NCBI GenBank assembly: GCA_018398765.1
Contig: JAHBMJ010000407.1
Location: 1 to 48,337, forward strand
Source of the DNA: Chromera velia
Lineage: Eukaryota
Reading direction: 5' to 3'
DNA length: 48,337 bases
Made by a program: the position numbers and the translations under genes. The notes beneath the pieces were generated by a model, which saw nothing but the letters and a program-made list of their open reading frames with translations, was not told the DNA's origin and ran no database searches. The first letter of the stretch is position 1, and every line of letters begins with the position of its first letter. Shown here one piece after another: positions 35,726-47,142 of this stretch.

Positions 35726-37045
35726 ATGGAGAGAAAGCCTTTCCCGGTTCGAGTAGGAGGAGGGACAGGCGGACAAGGGACTGGACTCCGGGCAAGGAGA
35801 CCCAGGTATGTGCAGTTGGTTGATGTCTTGCCGACTGCCCCTGGGGCTCTCCTTGTTTTGAATCCAAACCAAGTCCTTGAGTCAACTGGTGTCATTCTGC
35901 CTGTCCATTTCTCTAATGCGCAGGCTGAGCAACTCAAGCAGATGGTCGCACAAGGAGAGGAAGGAGGGCGGATGGTTGTGTCGGTCCAGCCCATCAACGT
36001 CTACAAGAACCACACTCGGAGGATGTTCCCGTTTGACCTTCAGGATCAGCCCAACCTGTATTACGAGCCCGAGTATGCGAAGGTCTACGCAAGCAATGAG
36101 GCTGTGTCTAACACCATGGCTGATTTCGCGTGGATGACCTTCAGCAAAGCGGGAGGCCCTGGTTCAATGTTCGTACTTGAGAACGCTGCCAGTCGGGCGG
36201 AGCACCAGCAGATCGTGTTGTGCAACTGGGATCAGTTTCGGAAGCTCCTGGCTCTCGGACTTCAGTGTTTGTACATACTGATGGCAGAGTGCGGGTATGA
36301 TCCAGACCGCCTGAAGAAAGCTTTTCGTAAGATCCTCTTCCGACTGCCCCCGGACCCTTTCCTTCCCCAGTATGGAGTGGCAGGACACTCCAATGTTCAC
36401 GTCAGACCTGATCCTCAGGTCTTGATGTATTTGAACCCGCTGGAGGCTGCCTTGGTGGCCTTGCAGACAGGTGAAGGGTGTCTGGGTGGGCAAGATGGCG
36501 TCCCAGGTACGGCCAGTCAGCCCGTCGAGATCGAGGGATCGGACGTTGAGATGTTGGCTGTATAGCCGTCTGGCAAGAGGCGATGTCCATGTGAAGGAGC
36601 AAAGTCAGTGCCTGGCCCAAGTATTCTAGCTCAGCTCCAACAACAACCGCAGCAACAGAAGCAGCAGCAGCAAACAAAGGTTCAGCAGAAGACCATGAGC
36701 AGGAGAGAGGGACTGTCAGTTGCAGATCCCCTTGTCACCCCGGTGAGGGAGCAGCCTTCGCGGCTGTATGGTCGGGTCTGCGCTGAGCTTCCAGTCCCGC
36801 AGGAAGTCGAGTATCCAACGTTGGTGCAGAAAGCCAACGATCTGTATACCAACATGGTTGGTTTCCTCCAAGCCCACGGTCAACCAGTGGAGGAAGACTA
36901 TGTGAAGACCCTTGTGATCAGGAATCTCCGTCAGTGGGGGGTCAGGAGGGATACCATCCCCAGTGATGCAGAACTGCAGGAGCTGCTCTTCTGTGCTATC
37001 CATCTCCATGGAGATGACAGCGGTGTTGATGGGCAGGCCGTTTGA
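35726..37045 (+). pseudogene. ORF1 of the Penelope-like element, unknown protein of ~439 aa with one in-frame TAG (36563-36565)
   Basis: Track ORFs 35699-36565 and 36608-37045 are in the same frame with only one stop between them. Globular-looking N-terminal part, Q-rich linker, helical-looking C-terminus. Confidence 0.75.
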
Positions 37046-40000
37046 ATATTGGGAGTCGTCCCGGCGAAGCAAGTGACTCCCCTGGTGGGAGAGGGAACAG
37101 AAGTAGGGAGGGGGAAGGGTGGGAATTAGATTTATGGGCACTTAGGGTGGAAGCGTCAAGCTCTGCAATGTGGAGAAGAATTGAACAGCTGCGTAATCTA
37201 GCAGATGCTTTGTTTACTCATGCTCCAAGGATCTGGAGAGAGAAGGATCCGTTGTTGCTAATATTCTTACATCTGGGTGCAATTCGTTCTTTGCTATTAC
37301 AGTTGTTACATAGACGCGTGCGTTTGACTTGTCCTGTATGCCGTGACGATGTACGTAAGTGTAGTTGTAAGCTAAATGTCGAATTGCCTCTGTCTCGATT
37401 TGCAGGCGGAAGGAGTGTTAAGATTGTATTGCAACGCCGTAGGTGTGACAGGAGCCAGAGTGGTGCTTCAGGTGCGTCTCTCTGGAGGTCTCGTCATGTT
37501 CAACGGCTGTTGCTTGATGCTGCTGATGCATTGTTTGTTGAGTGGTGTGAGCGATGGTTAGAATTCGCTCCTACAAGATTTGCTTTTTACCTCAAATCTG
37601 TTCGTGATCGATTGCAAGCGTATGGAGTGCCCGTCTGCGCATGTTTAAATAGTAAAAATGTATTGTATATGATGTTTTCTCCTTTTTTTCATCGTGGTCC
37701 TTGTATTGGGTGTACTTCTCAATTTATATCTCAAAGGTTGAGAGAGCATGTGAATGCAGCATTTTCTTTGACTTGTTGGGGTGGGCAACAAGCAATGCAT
37801 GCTTCTCGTCTGTACATCGCTTTTTTATTTGACTCTTTGCATTTATGGACGTTGATGCCGGTGTGCCATGTAGCTGACGCAAATGGATGGACTTCTAGAA
37901 AGCTCTTGCTGGTAACAGAAGCCTTGGCAATCTTGCAGCTGCAGCCCTCTCTGAATATGAAAGGAAATCCTTATTGTTCCATTAGTGATAAATCAATGAT
38001 TCATGTACCTGTGCAGGGCGAACACTCGCCGTTGCAGCCCTCGAGAAAGGGCAGGCGGGGGCAAGATGCTTCGTCCAAGGCTGCGTTGCCAAGATCGTTG
38101 TGTCTTCTCTCCTTACGAGAGATGATCATCAAAATTCCGCAGGGAGGGTGGAAGAAAGAGGATTTTATCAGAAGAGCAGATGTAATTGGGGCTGTGGGTG
38201 GGGCTGGGTCGTTGGCTTATCATCTGTGGCTTCAATCTTTTCTGGGAAGAGGAAGAAGATCAAAACAGCAATTGGGATGGTTGCCAGTTGAGAAAGAAGA
38301 TTTAATTGCAGTTGTCAGGCAGGAGTTGCGCTATGTAGATGTGGAGTTCTTTTGAGGATTGTTTGTGTTGAATGTCAAACGCTTGTGTTTATTGAGGGAA
38401 TGGAAGTTATCTGATATCCTTTCATCTGTTTCTGTTTTTAATTTTCGTGTCCCAAACGTCTCTCTTCCTCTTATCCTCAAGGTAGTTCGTGGATGCTTGT
38501 CCAGTCTTTTCTCTTCTTTTTCTCTTTCTGCGCCTCTCTGAATTCGTCTACGCTCAGCTGAAGCCCCAAACTTGCTTAAATTGCTGAAAAATAAGAAGGA
38601 GGCTTCGTTGAACTTGAACGATAGGGATGCGGATTTCAATGCAGTACAGATGAATGAATGCAATTGCAAAAGGTTGATTCATGAATTCAATCTAAAGCAA
38701 TGTGAAGGGCATGTATGTGTACTCTTGTCCACGTCTCCTTCGCTAAGTGATGCTCTGTCTCTCCCTCTTTTCTGGAACTGCAAAACTGCTTTTCTCAGTA
38801 AGGCATCTGATTTATTGAGAGCATACAAGAAAGAAGGAAGAAGGATTATTGCTCGGTTACCAAACAGTGAGCCGCATCTAACAGAAGAAAGAAATACGAA
38901 GTTCAAAAGACACTTACAGGAATGGAAAGAAACCTTTGAGTCAGCGGTGGACTCAACCCAAGCAAGAAAAGGCCCATTTCCATCGCCCATTTGTCCGCCT
39001 TCGGCCTCTTTGATGCGCCGTCTAAGAAAGTCTTTGTCAATTGTGTTGGTTGATCGCTCTAAGGGCGATTTAGCTTTTATATGCCCGAGGGTTTATAAGC
39101 ATTTTGGGGTTTTTGAGCTCTTTCCTGCCTCTAAAGCATTTGAGCATCTGACGGAGGAACAAGTGAAAGAAAAGATAAATCGATGGTTTCAGCCTGCTTG
39201 GCCGAAGGTGCTGCAGGAGGCAGTTGAAGTCTTCTCTCCTAGAAGTAAAGCATCTCACCAGTGGGGGCTTGGGGTAGCTCTTCCAAAAAGAAAATCTTGG
39301 AACGAGGAAGGAAAGCCTCCAAGTGGTTGGGGAGAAATGAAATTTTGTCCTTTATCTTCGTATTTTCATCATGCTTGGAGAAAGGCTCTTTCTGTTGTTT
39401 GTCGGACTCTGAATTTTTTGATATCTTCCATGTCTCCTCATACTACATTGATAGCACCTGATCAATTCACCACTGCAGTAGACAGATTGAATTCAGGAGA
39501 GTCAGATTTGACATGCGAACAATTTTCTTTGTGTAATCCACAAGGCCCGGCTCATGGAGCAAAACTGTCTGTGAGAATAGAAGATATTAAAGAGTTCTTC
39601 CCTTCATGCCCGCATGAAGAAGTACTTCAGGAAGTGAATAAACGCATCCGTGAAGTACATGAGGAAAAAAGAGCAAGGTTTGTATGTTTTCCGAGGGGAT
39701 TGGTTGAGAAAGTTTTTCGTCGGCAAATTAGACCTAGAGGTGGTCGATTTTTGGCATCATCTGTGCATGTGCGCCTCGTCCCGTTCTTTTTGTCACGTTG
39801 CAATTATTTTTATGCTGATGCCCTTCCTTTATGGTGGGTGCCTGAGTTCTTGAAACTTGATTTTGAGACTTGTTGCATTAGAGTGGGTAAGTGGTTTCTT
39901 CATCAGAAAGAAGGGTGGCCACAGGGGGCGCCAGTGTCTCCGGGGGGGACGCAGTTTTATGCTGCCCACAAAGAGAGGCAATGGGCTTAGCATAGGGGTG

Positions 40001-40494
40001 TAGATTCTTTTAGAACTGATGAATGGTTAATAGCTCGTTGGATTGATGATCGTCTGATTGTGCTTCGGCATCAGGAGCAGCTTTTACTTAGTCAATCTCC
40101 TTTTCTTTTTGCTTTCCTCAATCTACAATTTTATGCTCCTACGTGCAAGCTTGTGCAGCAAGAAAAGAATGACTTCTTGCAGTTTCATTTGTCAGTGTAT
40201 CCAGTTACTGCAAGACTGTTTTGTACACCTAAGAAGTCAGTAGCTTCTTTACCTCGCTATATGCATGCAGCTGCTGCTCATCCAAATTTCTTGAAGAAGA
40301 GGATTTTGAAGGGTCATTTCATGCGTGCGATGTTGTATTGTGTTGGTCCCCCATCCATGTTGATTACCGTAATGCATGATTTAATTAATCAGTTGTGCTG
40401 TTTTGGGTACCCACGAGAGTTGTGTGTGCATACAGTGAGGGAGGTGTATTATATGTTGTTTCGTTTGCCGTTGCCGGGCTGTTTATCAGATTGA
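37042..40494 (+). pseudogene. ORF2 of the Penelope-like element: GIY-YIG endonuclease plus reverse transcriptase, three in-frame stops
   Basis: Single frame of ~1150 codons, first ATG 37168. GIY-YIG-like NVLYMMF..PCIGCT..QRLREH..EALAILQLQPSLN (~37657-37956); CNC..EGHVC motif; RT DRSKG, EDIKEFFPSCP, QKEGWPQGAPVSP, RWIDD (40036-40050); PLE-type thumb RYMHAAAAHP..KKRILKG. Stops at 38353, 38539, 39988. Confidence 0.87.
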
Positions 40495-40660
40495 TTAGAA
40501 GAGTGTGAAAGCGTAGGCAATATGCCCCATGTGTGCGTGTGTGTGTTTGTCTACTGTTGGTGTTGCTGGGCCGTGAGGCCCGGTAACGCCAACAGCTCTT
40601 CGTTCTCTTCATGCTTGTCAGCATGCGCAAGCGCATATCTCCATACACTTCGTTCACTTC

Positions 40661-40989
40661 GAGCTGTTGGCATTACATTTGATTTGGTGTGTATGTGGGT
40701 GCGTGTTGGTGTTACATTATGTTGCATGCATGCTAGTGTTGCTTTTTAAGGCCTCTCACATGATGCACAGCGAGAATAATCTGCGCGCGCGCACGTTTGA
40801 CCATAAAATTCGATCAAAAGCATGCGTGCGTGATTGCATTGGATCAAGTGACTGTGACTAGCCGGATAGCTTTCTTTTGAAGCATCCTTGCTTGTCAGTC
40901 ACAACAAACTGAGACCTTAAAAAGAAAGTCGGCGCAGTGAAGACTACTGACTAGATTGTCCATCTAGCCTACAGCTTATCTTACAAGCT
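40661..40989 (+). repeat. 3' pseudo-LTR of the Penelope-like element
   Basis: Colinear with 35240-35568. Confidence 0.92.
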
Positions 40990-41223
40990 TGTAATTAGAT
41001 TATATTTATTTTTTTTTAGGTGTTATACCCTAGCAGTCAGTCTTTCTCCTGCGCAAGGCTTCCACATACTGTCTTGATGCAGTGACGTACTGCATGGTCA
41101 AATGCAACTGTCCTTTTCACTTTAGTAACGGCCAAAGATCTATCTGTCTGCCTCTATTATCGTCAGCTTTTATACTTTTAACTCCCTCTTAGTTTCTTCT
41201 TCTATGAGCTTGTGTAACGTGTC

Positions 41224-43705
41224 TACTAGTCAATTCACGGATTCAGACAGGAACGTCTGTTGAGCTAGATGTTTGTTGCTATTCTCTCGGTTCCTCTGTG
41301 CCTGTCAGTCTGATTCTACTCTCTCATACAACAGAAACGCGACTGTTGATTCATATGGCTAAAAGCCATGCAATGACGTGCGTGTTCACTTCAATCACGG
41401 CCCCAAAAAGACGCACACGTGGGCTGGCTCAATCACGATATATGCAAAGAGGCGGGGCACTTGCTATCGCTTGCTCACGCTCGCAAATGCATCATCCTCG
41501 ATCGATCTGATCAAAACGTGCCTCGATGATCGTTCGATCTTTGTGATTCGATCCAAGGACCTCACACTTCTTTTTAAAGGTTAACGGCTTTGGACATCTT
41601 TTTTCTTTTCATTCAATTCTATTCTGCTTCAACCCTAAAATCACTTCTACTTCTTTTTAATTACATCGAAACAAACAGTCAGCGAGATGTGAAATAAAGA
41701 ATCTCCACGTCGATTGGCGTTCTTTCAATCATGCGATCTTTACCTAGGATCTTTGCATGGATATGAAAAAAATTTCCTCGCACTGACAGACGGAGAGAGA
41801 GATAGACATTTTCATATTAACGGCTACAACCACACACAAGCAGACGCGTCTTCACGAATCTATTTCTTTCCTTTCGTGCACAAAGCAAACATATTATCAC
41901 AACCTCAAGCTGTAGCAATCCTCATTCCCCTCCATTTTCATCTAGATTTTCATCGGCTTGCAACAATGTCACACGCCAAGCTTCATGCCCCCGCAATAAA
42001 GTCATACAGCCAGTCCATATTCTCATATCGCCGGCATCTCAACCACACCTCCCTTCATCCTCTCCACACCGCAGTGTCCCATTTTTGATAGATACCACAA
42101 CCCCACATTGCAAAGTGACGCACCCAGTGATGTACCACTTCGCAGCTTAATCAACTCAACCAACCTGTGTTCACAACTCAGGGCTGCGACGGTCGCGACG
42201 GGGTCGCAGACTCTCTGAGCCTGTCAACAACAAATTGCATCTTATATCATCACCTCACCACATCTCTCTTCCCCCATTCCTACTGCTCCATCTGTCTCAA
42301 CTTTATCTCCACTGGCCTAGAGACGGATCTCTCTCCAACTCTTGCAGTTTCTTGAAGATTGGTCTCCAGAACTCGACTGGGTCTGCGGGAATTTCACGTT
42401 TCTTGTGAACTTCCATACTAACCCCCTTGTCCCCTTCTATCTATCGTCTCAGCTCACTTGTCTCCCTTTCTTTGACGGCAGTTGCTTCTACCTTTCTTAC
42501 TTCTTGCCTCGACTGCTTCTTTTTCTCTCTGCAATCGGGTGGTAGTCTGCCTGGACGGTCCCACTTCCACTGGGAAATCATCGCATCTCCCGTCAGATGA
42601 GTATGGAGACGACACTCCTTCTTGTACGCCTTTCTTTCTGCTGGACCCATCAGTGACACTCTCTCCTCCTCTGCCACAGTGGCGGGTCACCCCAAAATGT
42701 TGGTAAATGCATACCGCCACTTCTTCCATCGGGTGCGAGTCGTTTCACTGAGCTCCTCATCCTAGTCCTCATCGGCCTGAGCCTCCCCTTGCAAGCGTAA
42801 AGAGCTTGGACAGTTCAGTTGGCTTGCCCGGCTTCCCCATCTGAGTGAAATGATTCACACCCATCGCACTCGCGCCTAGCTTCATGCCGGTGTTGGAGAC
42901 CGTGGTGAGATCCTCCCCAACCAAGACACTCACTTTCTTCTTCCCCTCTCTTCGAACCCACGCAGCGTGCGAGAGTCAACATCCCCTCCTACATTTCTTT
43001 TTCTTGTTTCCTGCAGGTGAGAGTGCGTCTGATCCCGGCTGTCTGACAGCGCTATCCTGATTCCTGGATGTTCTACCAAAAAGAGCCAATGCAATTTGAC
43101 ACACGTCGTCTACCACACTGCCGAGGTTCTTGTGAACCTGGCTGAGAGGAACTTCTCGTAGACGATCAATCTTGTTGCTCAAAGCAAACAACTCCTCCAA
43201 CCTCTCAACAAACGTTTCCATTCTGAAGACTCGTGATAGCTGCTTTCAATGGGCTTCTCTACTTAATTGGCTTCTGGCTTCCTGAGAAGCGTTGACAAGT
43301 GTGAGTAAATGCACAGAGCGCAACAGTGCCTCAGCTCCACAACTCTGCGCGTCAAGGTTCCTTCGACCGAAAACTCAATCGACGAAGTTGTGAATCAACG
43401 CAGCCCTTTCTTTTACTTCTCTTGTGTTCCTGGTCAGAACAAACTCTGCTGCCAACTGTAATATGTCTGTGTACTAGTCGATTCACAGATTCAGACAGGA
43501 ACGTCTGTTGAGCTAGACGTTTGTTGCTATTCCCTCGGTTCCTCTGTGCCTATCAGTCTAATTCTACTCTCTCATACAACAGAAACGCGACTGTTGATTC
43601 ATGTGGCTAAAAGCCATGCAACGACGTGCGTGTTCACTTCAATCACGGCCCCGGAAAGATGTACACACGGGCCGGCTTAATCATGATATATGCAAAGAGG
43701 CGGGG
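41224..43705. repeat. 234-bp direct repeat (41224-41457, 43472-43705) flanking a 2-kb segment with minus-strand ORF remnants
   Basis: The copies are colinear with 17 mismatches. Interior ORF fragments 42976-43221 and 42441-42677 (-) have no recognised motif. Confidence 0.8.
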
Positions 43706-44571
43706 TGCTCACTCACACTCGCGCCACGACCAGCACACACGTCACAGTTTGGCTGTTTAAACCTCCTTCTTCAACCACTCGCTTTCTCTCTGTACTAACT
43801 TCTGTCCTGCAACCCTCCGAAGTTCTGCACCTTTTATGTCAAAGCATACTCCAAACTTCTGTAATAAAATTCAAGACTATTCCAAACTTCTGCAGTCGAT
43901 TTCAGTTCAAGGAGTTGATAGTGACAGGGGGGTAGTAATGGGAGGGCGGGCAAACAGAAAAAGGACTTCGATTTGATAATCAAGTCCGTCGCGATGAGAT
44001 AAGGAGGTGGAGTTCTTAGCCAGCTAAGTGAGGCTTAGCTGCTTTCTCCAGCTTTCTGTCGAATCGGTCTAGCTGTCAACAGCTCGAAATTTCCCGTCTG
44101 CGTTTGACGCTGCGCGCGGGGATAATTTCGTGAGGCCGGTCCTTGGGCCCTATATAAGCCCGCGGAATCGGCCGACTCCCCGGCTTTCGCACGCTAACGC
44201 CGACACATATGTTCTGAAAAGACTGAAAAAGCCATGCAGCGCACAAAGGGTGAGTCAGTCCGCTCAACTCTTAATTTGCAGGACTGAGACAGCAGATGAC
44301 AGCAGGGAGACCGATTTCTTGATTTGGGTCACTCGATCAATACTGTGCTCGGCTGTGGCTGCACCATTCAGTTTCTTGGCTTAGCGTCTGGTTGACAGGT
44401 GAAATTCTGAAAAATACACACTAACGTGCAGTGAGGCTGTCTTGCGCAGACGAACGAATGGCTTCCCAGATCCTGAGGCCGCTCTAGAATTTCGGATTGC
44501 CTTCCGTGCTTGCCTTTGCCTGACTTTGTCTGCGTATTTTTGAGTGTAGAGAGAGAGGGGGGGGACAAAAA

Positions 44572-45340
44572 ATGGCACCGAAGAAGAGATTCGTAGGAGG
44601 CCACGACTTGAAGGTCGCCATCATTGGAGACGAGGTGGGGGGTATTCGTCTCTCTCTTTTTCTCTCCCTCTCTCGTCTGCACACGTGCACGAAGAAAATC
44701 AGACTTCCTTCAAGCCAACAAGCCTCTACACCCCCCCCAAATTCCTGTGCGTCTCTTCCTCTCAGGACACTGTGACGGGGTTCATGCTCGCGGGAATCGG
44801 GCAAAGAGACGGGCAGGGGCGCACGAACTTTTTTGTTTGCGACGCAAGTCAGTAGTGCAGGCTCTTCAGTCTGTCTCCTCCTGTCTCTTCCTCTCCAACA
44901 CCCGCGCACCTTCTTTCGAGACGCTTTCCTTCCTTGCATCAGTACAAAATTCCTCTTCCTTGCTTTGCCCTGCCATTCTTCATTGTTTCATCTGAGAGTC
45001 AGTCTCTTCCCTCCTGCGCTTCCAGTAAATTTGGCTTCCGAGGATTTGTTTCTCGAATGCTTTGTAAGATAAAACCATTAAAAAATGCAGAAACGCGACG
45101 GGTAGACATTGAAGAGGCGTGGAAGAACTTCATCGAAAGGCGAGACATTGGAATGATCATGATAAGCCAATACGTCAGTCCATGTTTATTTGGAAGTTTG
45201 TCTGTCTGTCTTTCTTTCGGGCCTCCTGCCCACGTTGTTTGATTGTTGTTCTCTTCTTCTGTCATTGTTCTTTCTTTCTTGTTGTCTGTTGTGTGCATGA
45301 AGAAAATAAGGGAGACGAAGAAACATAGAGTCTGTCTGTA

Positions 45341-45379
<39 letters not shown>

Positions 45380-47142
45380 GTCTGTCTCTCTGTCTGTATG
45401 AAGAAAGAGGAAAAGGAAAAGAAAAGACGATATAGTCTGTCTGTCTGTGTTTCTTTTTGTCTGTTGTGTTTATGAAGAAAGGGAGGGAGAAGAAGAAGAA
45501 ACATATGGTCTGTCTGTCTGTCTGTGTGAAGAGAAAGATGGTCAATGGTGGTCAACCAGAACGTGAGTCGCACCGTGAGCTTGTCTCCTCCCTTCCATCT
45601 CTATTTTGACCTTGCTCCCTTTATTCCGTTCTGTCAGAGGAACATTCAACCAGAATGAAGGGGAAGAACGAGGCAAAGGGGGTGCATTTCACTGACTGAA
45701 GGAGACTGAGAAAAAGAGGTGGACCACACACACAAGGCTCGAGAAAGACGCAGGCCGACACATAAAGTCGATAGAGAAAAGGGGGCGGAAGAGCTGAAGA
45801 AAAAGTTTCACTCTAGTGATTGTTTTTGGGCTACGTACGGTTTTACTTCATCGTTGCTACGTCTTCGCGCAAGCATGATCCCTTCTGTGTGCTTTCATCG
45901 CTTGCCAACCGGCTGACTGGCACCACCTGCTTTCATGTCCGTCTGTGTGCATGCATGTGCACACCAGTGTTTCGCTGTGTTCGTGTGTGTACCTGACTGA
46001 GTGCACGATGTTCTCTTTATGTATTTATTTATTTATTTGCAGATTGCTGATGAAATTCGTCATCTGGTGGACCTTCACGACGCTGTGATTCCGACGATTT
46101 TGGAAATTCCGTCGAAGGACAAACCTTTCGATCCTGCAAAGGTCCGTCGGTCTGTCCTTTCTGTCTGGACAGATAGCTACTTTCAGAATTGTGTGGGAGC
46201 TTCCAAGAGTGGACAATATGATACGTTACGAGGTGTCGGTCCGCCTGCTTATCTGTGAGTCTGTCTGAGAATGCACATATGACTGGAGAAGAAGGGAAGT
46301 GAAATACTGAAATAAGATACAAACCGTCTGTTTGCGTTGAGCTAACTGAAGGCTCATATGAGGTGTACATATAAATTGTTATGCTGTACATATAAATTGC
46401 ACAGAACAAGAAGGAGAGGAAGTAGTTGTAGAAAGTCCTGTCTTTGTCTCAGCTCCAGACGGTGAAATAAAAACTAGGGTCGCCCTCCCGCCGTCCTGCG
46501 CTCCGAGAGTCCCTGCATGCAGTCGCGCACAGTTTTGAAACAATGAATGAATATTTGTTTGTTTGTTGACAGCTGCATCGATCGATCTGTCGGTTGATTG
46601 AAGGACCAAAACGGATCTTCTAGTTGAACTGCATTGCCCCTCGTGCCATCAGCGTGAAAGCGTCTCTCAACAGACAAGCAAACGAACAGGCATACCTACA
46701 TCCACACTCACAAGAACACAGTTTGAGACACTGAGAAGGGGAAGGGGGAAATGGACGGATCGAAGCCATCGCATGTGTCGCACTCAGACAGTCGGTGGTC
46801 AAAGCCTGTCCGAAAGAGATCCATGCAGACGGACTCCGTCCGCTTTGGCTCGCGGGTGGCGTGTGCCTCAGCAGAGGGTGGCTCGTCAATCAAGCTTGCC
46901 TACAGCTCCTAGCTCAGAACTTTTCACTTTCCGACCTCACGAAACCTACAAGAGAGCCACTTTGGACGGTCACGGTCGTCTTTTTGTAGAGAAGCTGTTT
47001 ACTCCGACCTGCCTGGCCGCATCTTTTTTTGTCTCTCTTTCCCCTTCGGATTCTTGTAGCCTTTGACCTCCACTCGTGTGTGCAGGATTCAACGCTGCAA
47101 CGCGTGAAGGTTTTCTTTGGGGGGAACCTCGACGGCTTCTGA
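44572..47142 (+). CDS. ATP6V1F: V-type proton ATPase subunit F, 127 aa; exons 44572-44634, 44766-44847, 45091-45173, 46043-46141, 47086-47142
   Basis: Five GT-AG exons total 384 nt and give MAPKKRFVGGHDLKVAIIGDEDTVTGFMLAGIGQRDGQGRTNFFVCDAKTRRVDIEEAWKNFIERRDIGMIMISQYIADEIRHLVDLHDAVIPTILEIPSKDKPFDPAKDSTLQRVKVFFGGNLDGF*, with the Vma7 signatures IGDEDTVTGF and EIPSK. Confidence 0.97.
45330..45400. repeat. (TCTG)n/(TC)n microsatellite in V-ATPase F intron 3
   Basis: Direct reading of tandem TCTG units. Confidence 0.85.

Larger units (their letters stand above)
35210..40989 (+). mobile_element. Penelope-like retroelement with N-terminal GIY-YIG endonuclease, two ORFs and pseudo-LTRs
   Basis: 329-bp direct repeats 35240-35568 and 40661-40989 without TG..CA ends. 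The 5' end carries an inverted copy (35210-35255) of 40583-40628. EN-RT ORF lies between the repeats. Confidence 0.88.
34183..41033. mobile_element. Non-autonomous TIR element (~1.07 kb of its own sequence) containing the Penelope-like insertion
   Basis: TIR CTAGGGTCTGACAC (34183-34196) vs reverse complement of GTGTTATACCCTAG (41020-41033), 12/14 match. 8-bp TSD CAGTCAGT (34175-34182, 41034-41041). AT-rich interior with inverted AAACCTGTCT repeats (~34430-34480 vs ~34980-35010). Confidence 0.7.

Noticed and set aside
38353..38541. In-frame TGA codons as selenocysteine (reported for some Naiad PLEs)
   Set aside because: TAG stops also occur in the element, the contexts fit CGA>TGA, and no SECIS was identified.
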